A stretch of DNA of 64,000 nt from Deltaproteobacteria bacterium. Its GTDB lineage: Bacteria; Myxococcota; Myxococcia; SLRQ01. Position numbers and translations under genes: made by a program. Where the stretch lies: the NCBI GenBank assembly GCA_029210625.1, contig JARGFU010000001.1:325806-389805 (forward strand), given 5' to 3'. This document shows positions 26,227 through 35,934 of this stretch, one piece after another. Positions within the stretch are counted from its first letter, which is position 1. Every line of letters begins with the position of its first letter. The notes under the pieces are model-generated. The model was not told the origin of the DNA. It saw only the letters and a program-made list of their open reading frames with translations, and searched no databases.

Positions 26227-28221
26227 ATGTCCGACGAACGCCGGCCCAGCCCGGAAGAGGTCACCGACCCGGATCGCACGGATCCGAGGGCGGAGCGGCC
26301 CGAGCGCCGCCCGGAGGCCACCGACCCCGGGAGCCCGGCGCCCGCCCGCTCCACCGATCCGACCCCGGGAGACGCCGAGCCCACCCGGATGGAGGCTCCT
26401 CCCACCTCCCGGCCCCCAAAGGAGGCCCCCTCCACCGACCCCACCCCGGCCGACGCCGAGCCCACCCGGATGGAGGCTCCCCCCACGTCCCGGCCCCCGA
26501 AGGAGGCCCCCTCCTCCGACCCCACCCCGGCGAACATCGAGCCCACCCGCCTGGAGCCTCCCCCCACTTCTCGCCCTTCGAAGGAGGCCCCCTCCACCGA
26601 CCCCACCCCGGCGAACATCGAGCCCACCCGCCTGGAGGCTCCTCCCACCTCCCGGCCCCCGAAGGAGGCTCCCTCCACCGACCCCACCCCGGCGAACATC
26701 GAGCCCACCCGCCTGGAGGCACCTCCCACGTCTCGCGCCCCGAAGGCCGCGGCGTCCACCGACCCCACCCCGGCCGACGCCGAGCCCACCTTCCGGGGCG
26801 TGCCCCCCGCTGCCCGGCCGGCGACCGGGGACACCGCCGTGCCCTCGCTGGCGCAGCTGCGCGAGAGCCGCCGCCAGCGGCGCCCCTCGGACCGCGTCAT
26901 CATCGCCCTGGCGGCCCTCGGCGGCGTCGCCGTGCTCCTCGCCGCCTTCGCCCTCACCCGCCGGGAGACCGTCGATCCCCACGCCGAGCTGCAGGAGCGC
27001 CACGCCCGGGCCGAGCAGATCTACGTCTCGGGGATGGAGGCCTTCCGCGCCGAGGAGTGGGAGCGGGCGGAGGCGGCCTTCGCCGAGGCGGTCTCCCTCC
27101 ACCCCCGGCACGAGAAGGCCAAGGACTACCTCGACGCCTCCCGGCGTGAGCGCGAGGCAGCGCTGGCCCTCGCCGACGCCGCGCGGCTCCTCGAGCAGGG
27201 AGACCTCGCTGCGGCGACGACCGCGCTCGCCCGGGTGCGGCGCGACTCGATCCTCGCCGGACAGGCCGAGGAGCTGCAGAAGCGCATCGACGGCGTGAAG
27301 CTCGCCGGCGTGCTCGACGTCTTCCACGAGGCGCTGGCGGGCACCGATCCGATGGCGGTGCTCTCGGCGCTCGAGGCGGCCGCCGGGCAGCCGGCCCTCG
27401 AGCGGGCCCGTCGCGAGCTCACCGCCCTCGAGGCCATCTCGCTGGACGCCGCCGCCGAGCAGCTCACCCTGGCCCGGGAGCGCGCGCCCGACGCCGCGGA
27501 CGTGCGGGTCGCCCAGCGCCAGCTCGAGGCGCGGCGGGAGGCGATCACGACGGCCATCAGCCTGAAGAAGGTCGAGATCAGAGAGCTGGAGGGTGACGCG
27601 GAGGACGCCGAGGCCCGGCGGATCAAGGAGGCGATCGAGCGCACCCTGCGCCCGGCGCGCGCGGCCTTCGAGCGGGGCGCCCTCGGCGAGGCCGGCCGGA
27701 TCCTCAAGGCCGGCCCCGCGCGGGCCGACGATCTGCCGGAGGTGCGCCGGGCGGTGAAGGCCGCGCGGGACGCCCTCCCCCGCTACCAGCGCTCCATCAC
27801 CGCCGCCCAGCGCTCGGAGAAGCAGCGCGACCTCTCGAGCGCCGCCACCCACTACACCCAGGCCCACCAGGCGGCCCGGAAGATCGACGCCGGGGGCACC
27901 CCCACCCAGACCGCCCTCGAGGGCGCGGTGCGGACCCGCTACCTCGCCGGCCGCGCGGCCTTCAACGCGGAGAAGTGGCCCGAGGCCTTTGCCCAGTGGT
28001 CCCAGGGCGGGCGCCTCGACCCCTCGGACGCCAACCTCTCCCGCGGGCTGAAGGACCTGGACGCCAAGGCCAAGGAGCTCTACCTGCAGGCCTACGTGAA
28101 CAAGCCCTCGGTGCCCGAGCGAGCGCGCCGGGGCTTCCAGCTGGTGCTCAAGATGACCCCGCCGGGGAGCGAGTGGAACCGCAAGTCGCGGGAGCAGCTC
28201 GCCGAGCTGGGAGGACCCTGA
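26227..28221 (+). CDS. membrane-anchored protein with six N-terminal 27-aa tandem repeats, one TM helix and a TPR/coiled-coil-like periplasmic domain
   Basis: Repeats of the form STDPTPA(D/N)(A/I)EPTR(M/L)EAPPTSRPPKEAP. TM segment VIIALAALGGVAVLLAAFAL. GAGGGG RBS. Confidence 0.7.
   Translation: MSDERRPSPEEVTDPDRTDPRAERPERRPEATDPGSPAPARSTDPTPGDAEPTRMEAPPTSRPPKEAPSTDPTPADAEPTRMEAPPTSRPPKEAPSSDPTPANIEPTRLEPPPTSRPSKEAPSTDPTPANIEPTRLEAPPTSRPPKEAPSTDPTPANIEPTRLEAPPTSRAPKAAASTDPTPADAEPTFRGVPPAARPATGDTAVPSLAQLRESRRQRRPSDRVIIALAALGGVAVLLAAFALTRRETVDPHAELQERHARAEQIYVSGMEAFRAEEWERAEAAFAEAVSLHPRHEKAKDYLDASRREREAALALADAARLLEQGDLAAATTALARVRRDSILAGQAEELQKRIDGVKLAGVLDVFHEALAGTDPMAVLSALEAAAGQPALERARRELTALEAISLDAAAEQLTLARERAPDAADVRVAQRQLEARREAITTAISLKKVEIRELEGDAEDAEARRIKEAIERTLRPARAAFERGALGEAGRILKAGPARADDLPEVRRAVKAARDALPRYQRSITAAQRSEKQRDLSSAATHYTQAHQAARKIDAGGTPTQTALEGAVRTRYLAGRAAFNAEKWPEAFAQWSQGGRLDPSDANLSRGLKDLDAKAKELYLQAYVNKPSVPERARRGFQLVLKMTPPGSEWNRKSREQLAELGGP
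26350..26800 (+). repeat. 81-nt in-frame tandem repeat (~5.5 copies) inside the CDS at 26227-28221
   Basis: Near-identical nucleotide units encode the 27-aa repeat. The antisense ORF 26261-26722 reflects the same periodicity. Confidence 0.8.
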
Positions 28222-28223
28222 CG

Positions 28224-28778
28224 ATGCGCGCGGCGGCCCCCTCGTCCCTCCTCGCCCTCCTCTTCCTGGCGGCCTGCGGACCGCCGGCGCCGGAGGAGTT
28301 CGAGCGCCTGCCCCTGGCCGATCCTCTCCCGGACTTCGCCCTCGAGGACGTGAACCCCGCCTCGGCGAGCCACGGGCTCAGCCTGGGGCCGAGCCACCTG
28401 CGCGGGAAGGTCTCGGCCTGGTACTTCGGCCACAGCACCTGAAGCTACTGCCGGGGCCAGTTCGGCTCCCTCGACTACATCCAGGCCGAGCTGGACGCCG
28501 AGCCGGCCTCCCGACCGATCCAGATCTTCGGCGTGAACGGCGCCGGCCACGAGTCCGCCAACGCCCTGATGGTCGAGGGCCGCACGCTGCCCCTGCTCCA
28601 GGACCTCGAGAGCGTGGACGCCTGGGGCAGCTGGTCGGTGATCTACCGGGACGTGATCATCCTCGACCCCGACGGGGTCGCCACCCACGCGGTGAACCTC
28701 TCGGCCTTCCCCCTCGACGATCAGCGCCGCATCGACGCCCTCGAGGCGCTGCTGCGCTACGTCGCCGACGAGCTCTGA
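28224..28778 (+). CDS. lipoprotein thioredoxin-fold (TlpA/redoxin-like) thiol-disulfide oxidoreductase, candidate selenoprotein (TGA at 28440-28442 read as Sec)
   Basis: Two ORFs in the same frame are separated by a single TGA. Read through, this gives GKVSAWYFGHST-U-SYCRGQFG, a redoxin active site with Sec replacing the first Cys (UxxC). A downstream cis-Pro block follows (RTLPLLQD...VIILDPDGV). Lipobox LAACG. Confidence 0.7.
28443..28480 (+). promoter_or_regulatory. candidate bacterial SECIS-like hairpin immediately 3' of the in-frame UGA
   Basis: GGGGCC-AGUUC-GGCUCC is a 6-bp stem, including one G-U pair, with a 5-nt loop starting ~11 nt after the UGA. This is fold-by-eye only. Confidence 0.3.
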
Positions 28779-31475
28779 TCACTCCTGGGGCGAGAAGAGC
28801 CAGCGGCCGCCCGGGGTGATCCCCGCGGCCTGCCGGGCCTCGGCGGCCTCGAGCACCGCCTCGGGGTCGGTGGCGATGACCTTGTAGCGGCCCTCGAGCC
28901 ACGGGACGAGCTGATCGCCGTGGTTCGGGTGATCGAGCTCGTCGATCGTCCCGCCCGGGATGATCTGCTCGCTGCGCGGACCCTCCGGGTCCATCACCGT
29001 GAACATCCGCAGCGAGGGCCCGTGGGTGCTGGTGTAGTCGCGGTTGAAGCCCGCGACGTTGATGGTGTGCAGCCCGCCGGGCTCGGGGACGGGCCCGAGG
29101 TCGAAGGCGTTGGGGACCCCGAAGACCCCGAAGATGGACTGGAGGTGCGCCCGGTGGATCCGGCCCCAGAGCCACTCTTCCGGATCGTTGCCCAGCCGGC
29201 CCTGCAGCTCGGTGACGGCGTCGGCCAGCGCCTGCAGGAGGATCTCCTCCCGGGTCTCGACCGTGCCAGCGGAGTTCACGTTGTCGAAGTAGTGGTTGCG
29301 GTCCTCCTCCAGGGCGAAGAAGAAGGCCTTGTGCATGGCCTGGTCCGCCCGGCCGGCCCGGCCGGCCACGGCCGCGCCCGCCGCCGAGAGCTCGTCCCGG
29401 AAGGTGGCCTCGATCGCCTGGAAGAGCCACGAGGAGAAGAGGCTGGACGCGATCGCCGCCTCGCGCTCGGCGGCGTCGCTGCTCGGCGCGGCGTCGGTGT
29501 CGTGATCGGAGAGGCCGGTGGGCTGGCTGTAGTCCCAGGCCGTGAGCCGGGCGAGGGCGTCGCCGATGCCGAGGGAGGTGACCAGGTCCGCCCGGGCGCC
29601 GGCCGCGTCCAGGAGGTGAGGCAGGAGGGCCGCGGCCAGGTCGCTCTTCGTGTCGGTCTGGATCTCGCGCATCCGCTCGAGGGTGACCGGCCCCTCGGCC
29701 AGGGCCTCCTCCAGCAGCCGGGTGATCCGGCCGGCGCGCAGGCCGAGGTCGCGGGTGTAGTAGAGGTAGTGGGCGTCGTTGACCGGGTTGCCGTCGGCGG
29801 TGGTGCCCACGATGTCGTTGTTGGCGGTGACCAGGAAGCCGCTCGCGGGGTTGTCCGCCTGGGGCAGCTCGTCGACCGGGATGTCCCCCTTCCACTCGTG
29901 GGTCCCCTCGCCGGGCATCGGCAGCCAGGGCGGGCTCGCCGAGAGGTCACCGTCGCGGATGGGCACCCGGGCGTAGGGGAAGTAGGCGACCTCACCGTCG
30001 ATGTCGCCGATGAGCAGGTTCTGGGCGCCCACCTCGAAGTCGAGCCAGGCCGTCTTCGCCTCGGCCACGTTGCCGGCCTTCATGATCCCCAGGGCCGCGC
30101 CGATCTCGTTGCTGACCTCCATCCCGGTCCAGCGGCCGGAGATCGCGGTCGCCCCCCGGCTCGGGTCGACGCAGGGCTGGTCCGGATCGGCGAGCTCCTG
30201 GGCGCTGAAGCCCTCGGAGGACCAGAGGGGGCCGTGGTGCGGCACGATGCAGAGCTTCTCCTCGTCGAAGCCGTCGCCGTCGAGCGGGCCGCGGGGGAAG
30301 CGGACCGTGACCTTCTGGACGGCGACGTCGCTGCCCTGGAAGCGCACCGTGTCCACGCCGGTGACCGTCTCCTGGTAGAGGTCCGAGACGTCGTAGCCCA
30401 TGGTCGTCACCGACCAGGCGATCTGCTGGTTGTGGCCGATCATGATGCCGGGGGTGCCCGGGAAGGCGACGCCGCGCAGGTTCATCTCGCCCTTCGCCTT
30501 CGGGAGCGAGGTCGCGTCGATGTGCACCTCGTGCCAGACCGAGGGCGACCAGAGGGGCAGGTGCGGATCGTCGGCGACGATCACCCTGCCCTCGGCGGTG
30601 TGCTCGGCCGAGACGATCCAGTTGTTCGAGCCGGGCTCGGCGCCGAAGAAGCGGTGGAGGTACTCGGGGCCCTCGCGCGCGTCGAGGGCCGCCTGGATCG
30701 CCGGCGCCGCCTGGCGCAGGCGCTGGAGGAGGGCGGCGTCGGGCCTCCACTTGCTCCCCAGGGCGCCGCTCCCGTAGTAGCCCGGCAGGGCGAAGGTGGG
30801 ATCCAGGGGCGCCGAGGGCGCCAGATCGGCGAAGGTCTGGGCGTCGAGGCCCGCGGCCATGGCGGCGCCGCCGAGCTCCACGTCCAGCTGGGCCGAGAGC
30901 ATCATCGAGAAGAGGCGGCCGATGGCCACCGTGTCCACCGGGGCCCAGTCCGCGGGCTCCTCGGCGCCGTCGAGGACCAGGCCGAAGTCGTACTCCCCGG
31001 GCACCGGCGCCCGGGCGCTGCCCATCTCGTCGAGGTAGGCGTTCACCCCCGCGGCGTAGGCCTCGAGGTAGGCCAGGAGGTCGGCGTCGAGAGACTCGAC
31101 GATGTGCTCGGCCACGTGGCGGCCGTCGGAAGGGTGGGTCATCACCCGCCGGGTCTCCCGGTCCACCGAGCGCACCGCGGGGTTGGCGCCGAAGAGGACG
31201 CCGAGGGTGCCCTTGCCGTAGTTGCGGAAGAGGTCCATCTCGAAGAAGCGGTCCCGGGCCTGGATGTAGCCCTGGGCCGTGACGCACTCGAGATCCTCCC
31301 GGCAGTAGATGTGGGGGATGCCCCACTCGTCCCGCAGGACCTCCACCTCGTGGGCGATCCCCGGCAGGAGGATCTCCTCCTCCGGCTCGAGCGCCTTGAA
31401 GCTGACCTTGCTGCAGCCGGCCAGGCTGGTGGCGAAAAGCGGCGCGAGAGCGAGGAGCAGGAGCGTCTTCTTCAT
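28779..31475 (-). CDS. penicillin amidase/acylase-family (Ntn hydrolase, S45) lipoprotein
   Basis: GSNNWIVS catalytic N-terminal Ser motif. Signal MKKTLLLLALAPLFATSLAGC. GAAAGGAAG RBS before ATG at 31475. Confidence 0.85.
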   Translation of the reverse strand: MKKTLLLLALAPLFATSLAGCSKVSFKALEPEEEILLPGIAHEVEVLRDEWGIPHIYCREDLECVTAQGYIQARDRFFEMDLFRNYGKGTLGVLFGANPAVRSVDRETRRVMTHPSDGRHVAEHIVESLDADLLAYLEAYAAGVNAYLDEMGSARAPVPGEYDFGLVLDGAEEPADWAPVDTVAIGRLFSMMLSAQLDVELGGAAMAAGLDAQTFADLAPSAPLDPTFALPGYYGSGALGSKWRPDAALLQRLRQAAPAIQAALDAREGPEYLHRFFGAEPGSNNWIVSAEHTAEGRVIVADDPHLPLWSPSVWHEVHIDATSLPKAKGEMNLRGVAFPGTPGIMIGHNQQIAWSVTTMGYDVSDLYQETVTGVDTVRFQGSDVAVQKVTVRFPRGPLDGDGFDEEKLCIVPHHGPLWSSEGFSAQELADPDQPCVDPSRGATAISGRWTGMEVSNEIGAALGIMKAGNVAEAKTAWLDFEVGAQNLLIGDIDGEVAYFPYARVPIRDGDLSASPPWLPMPGEGTHEWKGDIPVDELPQADNPASGFLVTANNDIVGTTADGNPVNDAHYLYYTRDLGLRAGRITRLLEEALAEGPVTLERMREIQTDTKSDLAAALLPHLLDAAGARADLVTSLGIGDALARLTAWDYSQPTGLSDHDTDAAPSSDAAEREAAIASSLFSSWLFQAIEATFRDELSAAGAAVAGRAGRADQAMHKAFFFALEEDRNHYFDNVNSAGTVETREEILLQALADAVTELQGRLGNDPEEWLWGRIHRAHLQSIFGVFGVPNAFDLGPVPEPGGLHTINVAGFNRDYTSTHGPSLRMFTVMDPEGPRSEQIIPGGTIDELDHPNHGDQLVPWLEGRYKVIATDPEAVLEAAEARQAAGITPGGRWLFSPQE

Positions 31476-31633
31476 CGGGGCTTCCTTTCGAGGGCGGCGC
31501 ATTCTCCCGCCCGGCCCCCGATCCGGCAAGGCGGGCCGGACCCCCAGACGATCTGGGTCAACGACCCCGTTCGGCATAGATTGCAGGCTCACCTAGCGGC
31601 CCCCCGCCGCCCCTTCGAATCCGAGGGTCTCCC

Positions 31634-34600
31634 ATGCTGCGCCGTCTCCTGCCCACCCTGCTCGGCCTCTCCCTCCTCGCCGCTGCCGGCTGCCCGACCA
31701 AGATCGACCGGACGCCAGAGGTGCTGCTCTTCACTGCCGACCCAACCGAACGCGTCGGCGCGGGAAGCGTGACGCTCAGGTGGATCACCCGAAATGCCAC
31801 CTCCCTCGAGTTGATGGGCCCCAGCGGTGCCATCGACACCGGAATGGCTCTGCCAGGGGACGGTCGGGTCACCGCATTTCTGGACGAGAACGGCGCCTTC
31901 TCCTTCACCCTCATCGGAATCGGCGACGAGGGCCTGCGATCGAAGCCCGCCGTGGTCTCGGTTTCAGTGAGCGGGGTCGGGCAACCCAGGATTCTCGAGT
32001 TTTCGGCCCAGCCCCCCCGTATTGCCGAGGGCCAGCCGGTGACTCTGACATACCGCGCCGAGTACACGACCTCCGTGGTTTTCCGGGACAGCACTGGGGA
32101 TGCGATTCTTCGACGGAATGACGCCGAAGGGACGGTCTCCTTCTCACCCACCGCCGACGAGACCTACACCCTCGAAGCCTACGGTCAGTCCGACTGGATG
32201 GCATCTGCCACAGTCTTGGTTGAGGTCGATCCAGCACCTGACATCCTCGTTTTCGCTGCGTCACCTGCGGATCCAGTTCTGCTGGAAACACCTGTCGTGA
32301 TCTCCTGGGAAACCGCTTTCACCGACCGGGTTGTCCTGCGCGACCCCTACGGTACGATCGTAGTGGACTCGGCCACCGAGACGACGGGCACGTACACGAC
32401 GTCAGCAGCGAGGGCCGCCTCCTGGGAGCTCGAGGCCATCAACTCCCTGGCGACCGCAACCCGCACTCTTTCTCTCGACGCCTTCGGGCCGCCCACCATC
32501 GAGAGCTTCGAGGCCGACCCCTCCCTTCCTGTGGCCCCCGGCACAGAGGTCACCCTGAGCTGGACCACCAGTGAGATCGATACGATTCGGATTCTGGACG
32601 ACGCAGGAGGCGAGGTCCTCACGAGCTCACCCTCCCTCGTGACCAACCACCGGGTCGGCCCCACTGAAACCACGCTCTACACCCTCGAGGGCACGGGGCC
32701 AGGTGGAACCGCCACGCGAGAGGTGACCGTCACCGTGCATCCGCTCCCGATAATCGACTCGTTCACCTTCTCCCCTGGGTCCCCCATCGATCCGGGAAGC
32801 GACATTTTCCTCGAATGGACCACGACGAATGCCGACAGGGTACGGCTCCTCGACGGCACCGGAGGCGTCCTCGCCGACACCACCCTGGATCTCGACAGCG
32901 GCAGGACGGTGGCGATCCCCCTCGACACATCCTTCACTCTGGAGGCCAGCAACGATGTGGGCCAGGCCTCGGCAGCGGTGTCCGTTGAGACCCTGGTGGT
33001 CATCGATCGCTTCGAGGCGGTCCCTTCCACCATCCCTCCCGGCGGGGTCGTCGCTGGACAGTGGGATGCCCGGGGAGGGCTGGGCTACAGCCTGACCCGG
33101 GATGGCAATATCATCTGCGCCGGTTCCCATGTCGGCCGCGCCGCCTCGAACAGCTGCAGTTTTGCCGCACCGCAGACCGCAGGACCGGCGACTCTCGAGC
33201 TGATCATCACTAGCCCGGCTGGCCGGACCTCCACCTCCCAGACAACACTCATGGTCAGCGCCGGCCCGAGGATCGGGAGCTTCACCGCATCCGCCGATTT
33301 CATCACCCTGGGCGATCCCATCGACCTCGCCTGGACGGTGCAGAACGACGCCTCCGGCGTGACGCCGACCCTCACCCTCACCGACGATCAGGGGGGCACC
33401 CACGACGTCTCGGCGCTGAACGCCAACGCCGACAGCTACAGCTTCACGCCCTCGGCGCCGGGCACCTACGTCTTCACCCTGACCGCCGACACCCCGGGCA
33501 CGACGGCGGCGTCGGCCACGGCCACGGTGGTGGTCGCGCCCGTGCCCCGGATCCTCTCCCTGGAGGCGAGCCCCTCGCTGCTAGACACCATCCTCGGCAT
33601 CGATCGCTCGATGATCACCTGGACCAGCGAGGGCGGCGCCTCGGCCTGGCTCTGGGAGCTGGACGCCGGCGGCGCCTCGATCTCACCGGCCCTCTGGCAG
33701 AGCACGACTCCGGGCGAGATCGCGGCCTTCGGCCTGCAGGCCGTGCCCACCGCGACGACCACCTACCGCCTGGAGGTCTGGAACGCGGCCGGAGCGACGA
33801 CCACCGCCGAGGTCACGGTGCGGGTGGACGAGCTGGGCTTCATCTCGACCGGCCTCGCCCCCGCTCAGATCGTCGCCGGCGAGAGCGCGACCCTCTCCTG
33901 GCAGGCCAGCAGCCAGGCCACCTCGGTGAGCGTCAACCCGACGCCGGGGATGCTCCTCGAGGCGCCCACCGGCGCCTTCCAGGACATCTCGACCACCGGC
34001 ACCGAGGTCACGAACCTGACGACCTCCGACTTTAGTTTGGATTACTGGGACGAAGGGGTCTCCCTCGTCAGTCTCCCCTTCGCCTTCCCCTTCTACGGTG
34101 AAAGCCTGACGCAGGTAGTCGTCACCACCAACGGCTACCTCGCCTTCGACGCCGGTCTCGCGGATCCTCTCGCGACCAACCCCTCGACCTTTCCGAGCAC
34201 GGGAGCCCCCCATGGTGGGTTCATCGCTCCCTTCTGGGATGATCTGGATGCCCATGACGGGGGCGCGACGCCGGGCGCCCCCGGCACCCTCTACACGCAA
34301 TCTGGAACCGATGCGAACGGCAACTACTTCGTCGTCCAGTGGACGAACTACCTCCTCTGGTCCGTCTCGCCTCACGGCGACCTGAACTTCCAGGTCTGGA
34401 TCTGGGAGGACGGGAGCATCGAGGTCCGCTACGGCACCATGACCTCGGCCTCGAACCAGGCGGCCGCCGATGGCAGCAGCGCCACGATCGGCGTCGAGAG
34501 TGTCGATGGCACCACCGGCCACGCCATCTCGGTGAACACCGCCGCGCCCGGCGGCCTCTCGAACACCGGCTGGCGCCTCTCGCCCGCCTCCTTCGGCACC

Positions 34601-35203
34601 GCCGACACCCACGTCGTCAGCCCTTCGGCCTCGACCGACTACCAGCTCTGCGCCAGCGACGGCACCTCGACGGTCTGTGAGACCCTGCGCCTGGTGGTGG
34701 TGAAGCCCGGCGACGTGATGGTGAGCGAGCTGATGCTCTCGCCGGTGGCTGCCCCTGTGCCAGACGGCCAGTGGATCGAGCTCTCCAACACCTCGGCCGA
34801 GACCCTCGACCTCTCGGGCTGGATCCTCGGAGACGGCACCGGCAGCCACACCCTCTCCCCCGGCGCCCCCCTGCTGCTCGCCCCCGGGGCGCTCCACGTC
34901 CTCGCCTTCGGAGACGACCCCGCCCTCAACGGAGGCATCACCGGCGCCGAGGCCTTCGGCTCGGCCCTCACCCTCTCCCCGGCCGGCGGGAGCCTCACCT
35001 TGAGCTGCAGCACCCTGACGGTGGATGCGGTGACCTGGGATGGGACCTGGACCTTCAGCAACGGTGCGGCGCTCCAGGCCGGCGCGCTCACCCCCGGTGA
35101 TCCGGCGTCGAACGACGGCTTCACTGCCTGGTGTGATGCGGACACGCCCTACGGTGATGGAGATCTCGGGACGCCGGGGGCCCCGAATAGCAGCTGTCCC
35201 TAG
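31634..35203 (+). CDS. large secreted lipoprotein with repeated Ig-like modules and C-terminal lamin-tail domain (LTD)
   Basis: Lipobox LLAAAGC. Repetitive ~100-aa modules. The C-terminus SELMLSPVAAPVPDGQWIELSNTSAETLDLSGWILGDGTG matches the LTD. Confidence 0.8.
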   Translation: MLRRLLPTLLGLSLLAAAGCPTKIDRTPEVLLFTADPTERVGAGSVTLRWITRNATSLELMGPSGAIDTGMALPGDGRVTAFLDENGAFSFTLIGIGDEGLRSKPAVVSVSVSGVGQPRILEFSAQPPRIAEGQPVTLTYRAEYTTSVVFRDSTGDAILRRNDAEGTVSFSPTADETYTLEAYGQSDWMASATVLVEVDPAPDILVFAASPADPVLLETPVVISWETAFTDRVVLRDPYGTIVVDSATETTGTYTTSAARAASWELEAINSLATATRTLSLDAFGPPTIESFEADPSLPVAPGTEVTLSWTTSEIDTIRILDDAGGEVLTSSPSLVTNHRVGPTETTLYTLEGTGPGGTATREVTVTVHPLPIIDSFTFSPGSPIDPGSDIFLEWTTTNADRVRLLDGTGGVLADTTLDLDSGRTVAIPLDTSFTLEASNDVGQASAAVSVETLVVIDRFEAVPSTIPPGGVVAGQWDARGGLGYSLTRDGNIICAGSHVGRAASNSCSFAAPQTAGPATLELIITSPAGRTSTSQTTLMVSAGPRIGSFTASADFITLGDPIDLAWTVQNDASGVTPTLTLTDDQGGTHDVSALNANADSYSFTPSAPGTYVFTLTADTPGTTAASATATVVVAPVPRILSLEASPSLLDTILGIDRSMITWTSEGGASAWLWELDAGGASISPALWQSTTPGEIAAFGLQAVPTATTTYRLEVWNAAGATTTAEVTVRVDELGFISTGLAPAQIVAGESATLSWQASSQATSVSVNPTPGMLLEAPTGAFQDISTTGTEVTNLTTSDFSLDYWDEGVSLVSLPFAFPFYGESLTQVVVTTNGYLAFDAGLADPLATNPSTFPSTGAPHGGFIAPFWDDLDAHDGGATPGAPGTLYTQSGTDANGNYFVVQWTNYLLWSVSPHGDLNFQVWIWEDGSIEVRYGTMTSASNQAAADGSSATIGVESVDGTTGHAISVNTAAPGGLSNTGWRLSPASFGTADTHVVSPSASTDYQLCASDGTSTVCETLRLVVVKPGDVMVSELMLSPVAAPVPDGQWIELSNTSAETLDLSGWILGDGTGSHTLSPGAPLLLAPGALHVLAFGDDPALNGGITGAEAFGSALTLSPAGGSLTLSCSTLTVDAVTWDGTWTFSNGAALQAGALTPGDPASNDGFTAWCDADTPYGDGDLGTPGAPNSSCP

Positions 35204-35210
35204 GAGAGGC

Positions 35211-35244
35211 CGTGCACGTGCACGTGTACGTGAACGTGCACGTG
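35211..35244. repeat. (ACGTGN)5-6 hexanucleotide tandem repeat, GTGCAC/CACGTG palindrome-rich
   Basis: cgtgcacgtgcacgtgtacgtgaacgtgcacgtg lies between convergent 3' ends. A second copy family lies at 55212. Confidence 0.7.
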
Positions 35245-35252
35245 ATTGAGAC

Positions 35253-35840
35253 CTAGCGGATCCGGGCCTGGGGCAGCTCGAAGGGCGCGCCCTCGGGCGT
35301 GAGATCGAGCAAGGCCAGGGTGATGTAGGCGGAGAGTCCCCAGAGCACCTCGCCATCCCAGTCGAAGAAGTAGAGGGGATAGGTCCTCCCCTCGTGCTCG
35401 ACCATCTGGCTGCGCCACCCCTTCGCCTCTCGCAACCTCGCGAAGGGGATGGAGAAGATCCGGGCGACCTCGTCGTCCTGGGGTGTCAGCGGCGGCAGCG
35501 CCTCGACCCAGCCGACCACCGGCGTGACCGCCGTGCGGTTGGTGACGGTGGGGAAGGCGTCGAGGCGGCCGAGGAGCTCCACCGAGGCGCGGGGCAGCCC
35601 GATCTCCTCCTCGGCCTCCCGCAGGGCGGTGACCTCGGGGCTGCCGTCCCCCGGCTCGGCGTTGCCGCCGGGGAAGGCGACCTGCCCCCGGTGGGTGCCG
35701 ACGCTCTCGGTGCGGCGGGTCAGCAGGAGCTCGGGCCCCTCCGGGGTCGAGACGATGGGCACCAGCACGGCGGCGTGGCTCTCCCGATCGATCTTCCTGG
35801 CCTCCCGCTCCTCGAGGCGCTCTCGCAGCAGCTCACGCAT
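35253..35840 (-). CDS. NUDIX hydrolase, CoA pyrophosphatase-like
   Basis: Nudix box GGNAEPGDGSPEVTALREAEEEIGL. Start MRELLRERLE at 35840. Confidence 0.8.
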   Translation of the reverse strand: MRELLRERLEEREARKIDRESHAAVLVPIVSTPEGPELLLTRRTESVGTHRGQVAFPGGNAEPGDGSPEVTALREAEEEIGLPRASVELLGRLDAFPTVTNRTAVTPVVGWVEALPPLTPQDDEVARIFSIPFARLREAKGWRSQMVEHEGRTYPLYFFDWDGEVLWGLSAYITLALLDLTPEGAPFELPQARIR

Positions 35841-35896
35841 CTTCAGGAGTCTGGGCCCGCGAAGGCCCCCATGCACTGCACGATCTTCACGACGGA

Positions 35897-35925
35897 CTCA
35901 CAGCTCACAGCTCGTAGCTCGCAGC
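35897..35925. repeat. heptamer-repeat element (AGCTCAC AGCTCAC AGCTCGT AGCTCGC)
   Basis: Lies in the 58-bp spacer between two same-strand genes. Same family as 20284/20364 and 38278. Confidence 0.6.
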
Positions 35926-35934
35926 CCATTCTGA

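Noticed and set aside
35211-35244. Z-DNA-forming alternating purine-pyrimidine tract
   Set aside because: Only ~21 nt alternate perfectly before an AA step. The second copy at 55212 breaks the alternation (GTGGAC), so the shared feature is the hexamer periodicity rather than RY alternation.
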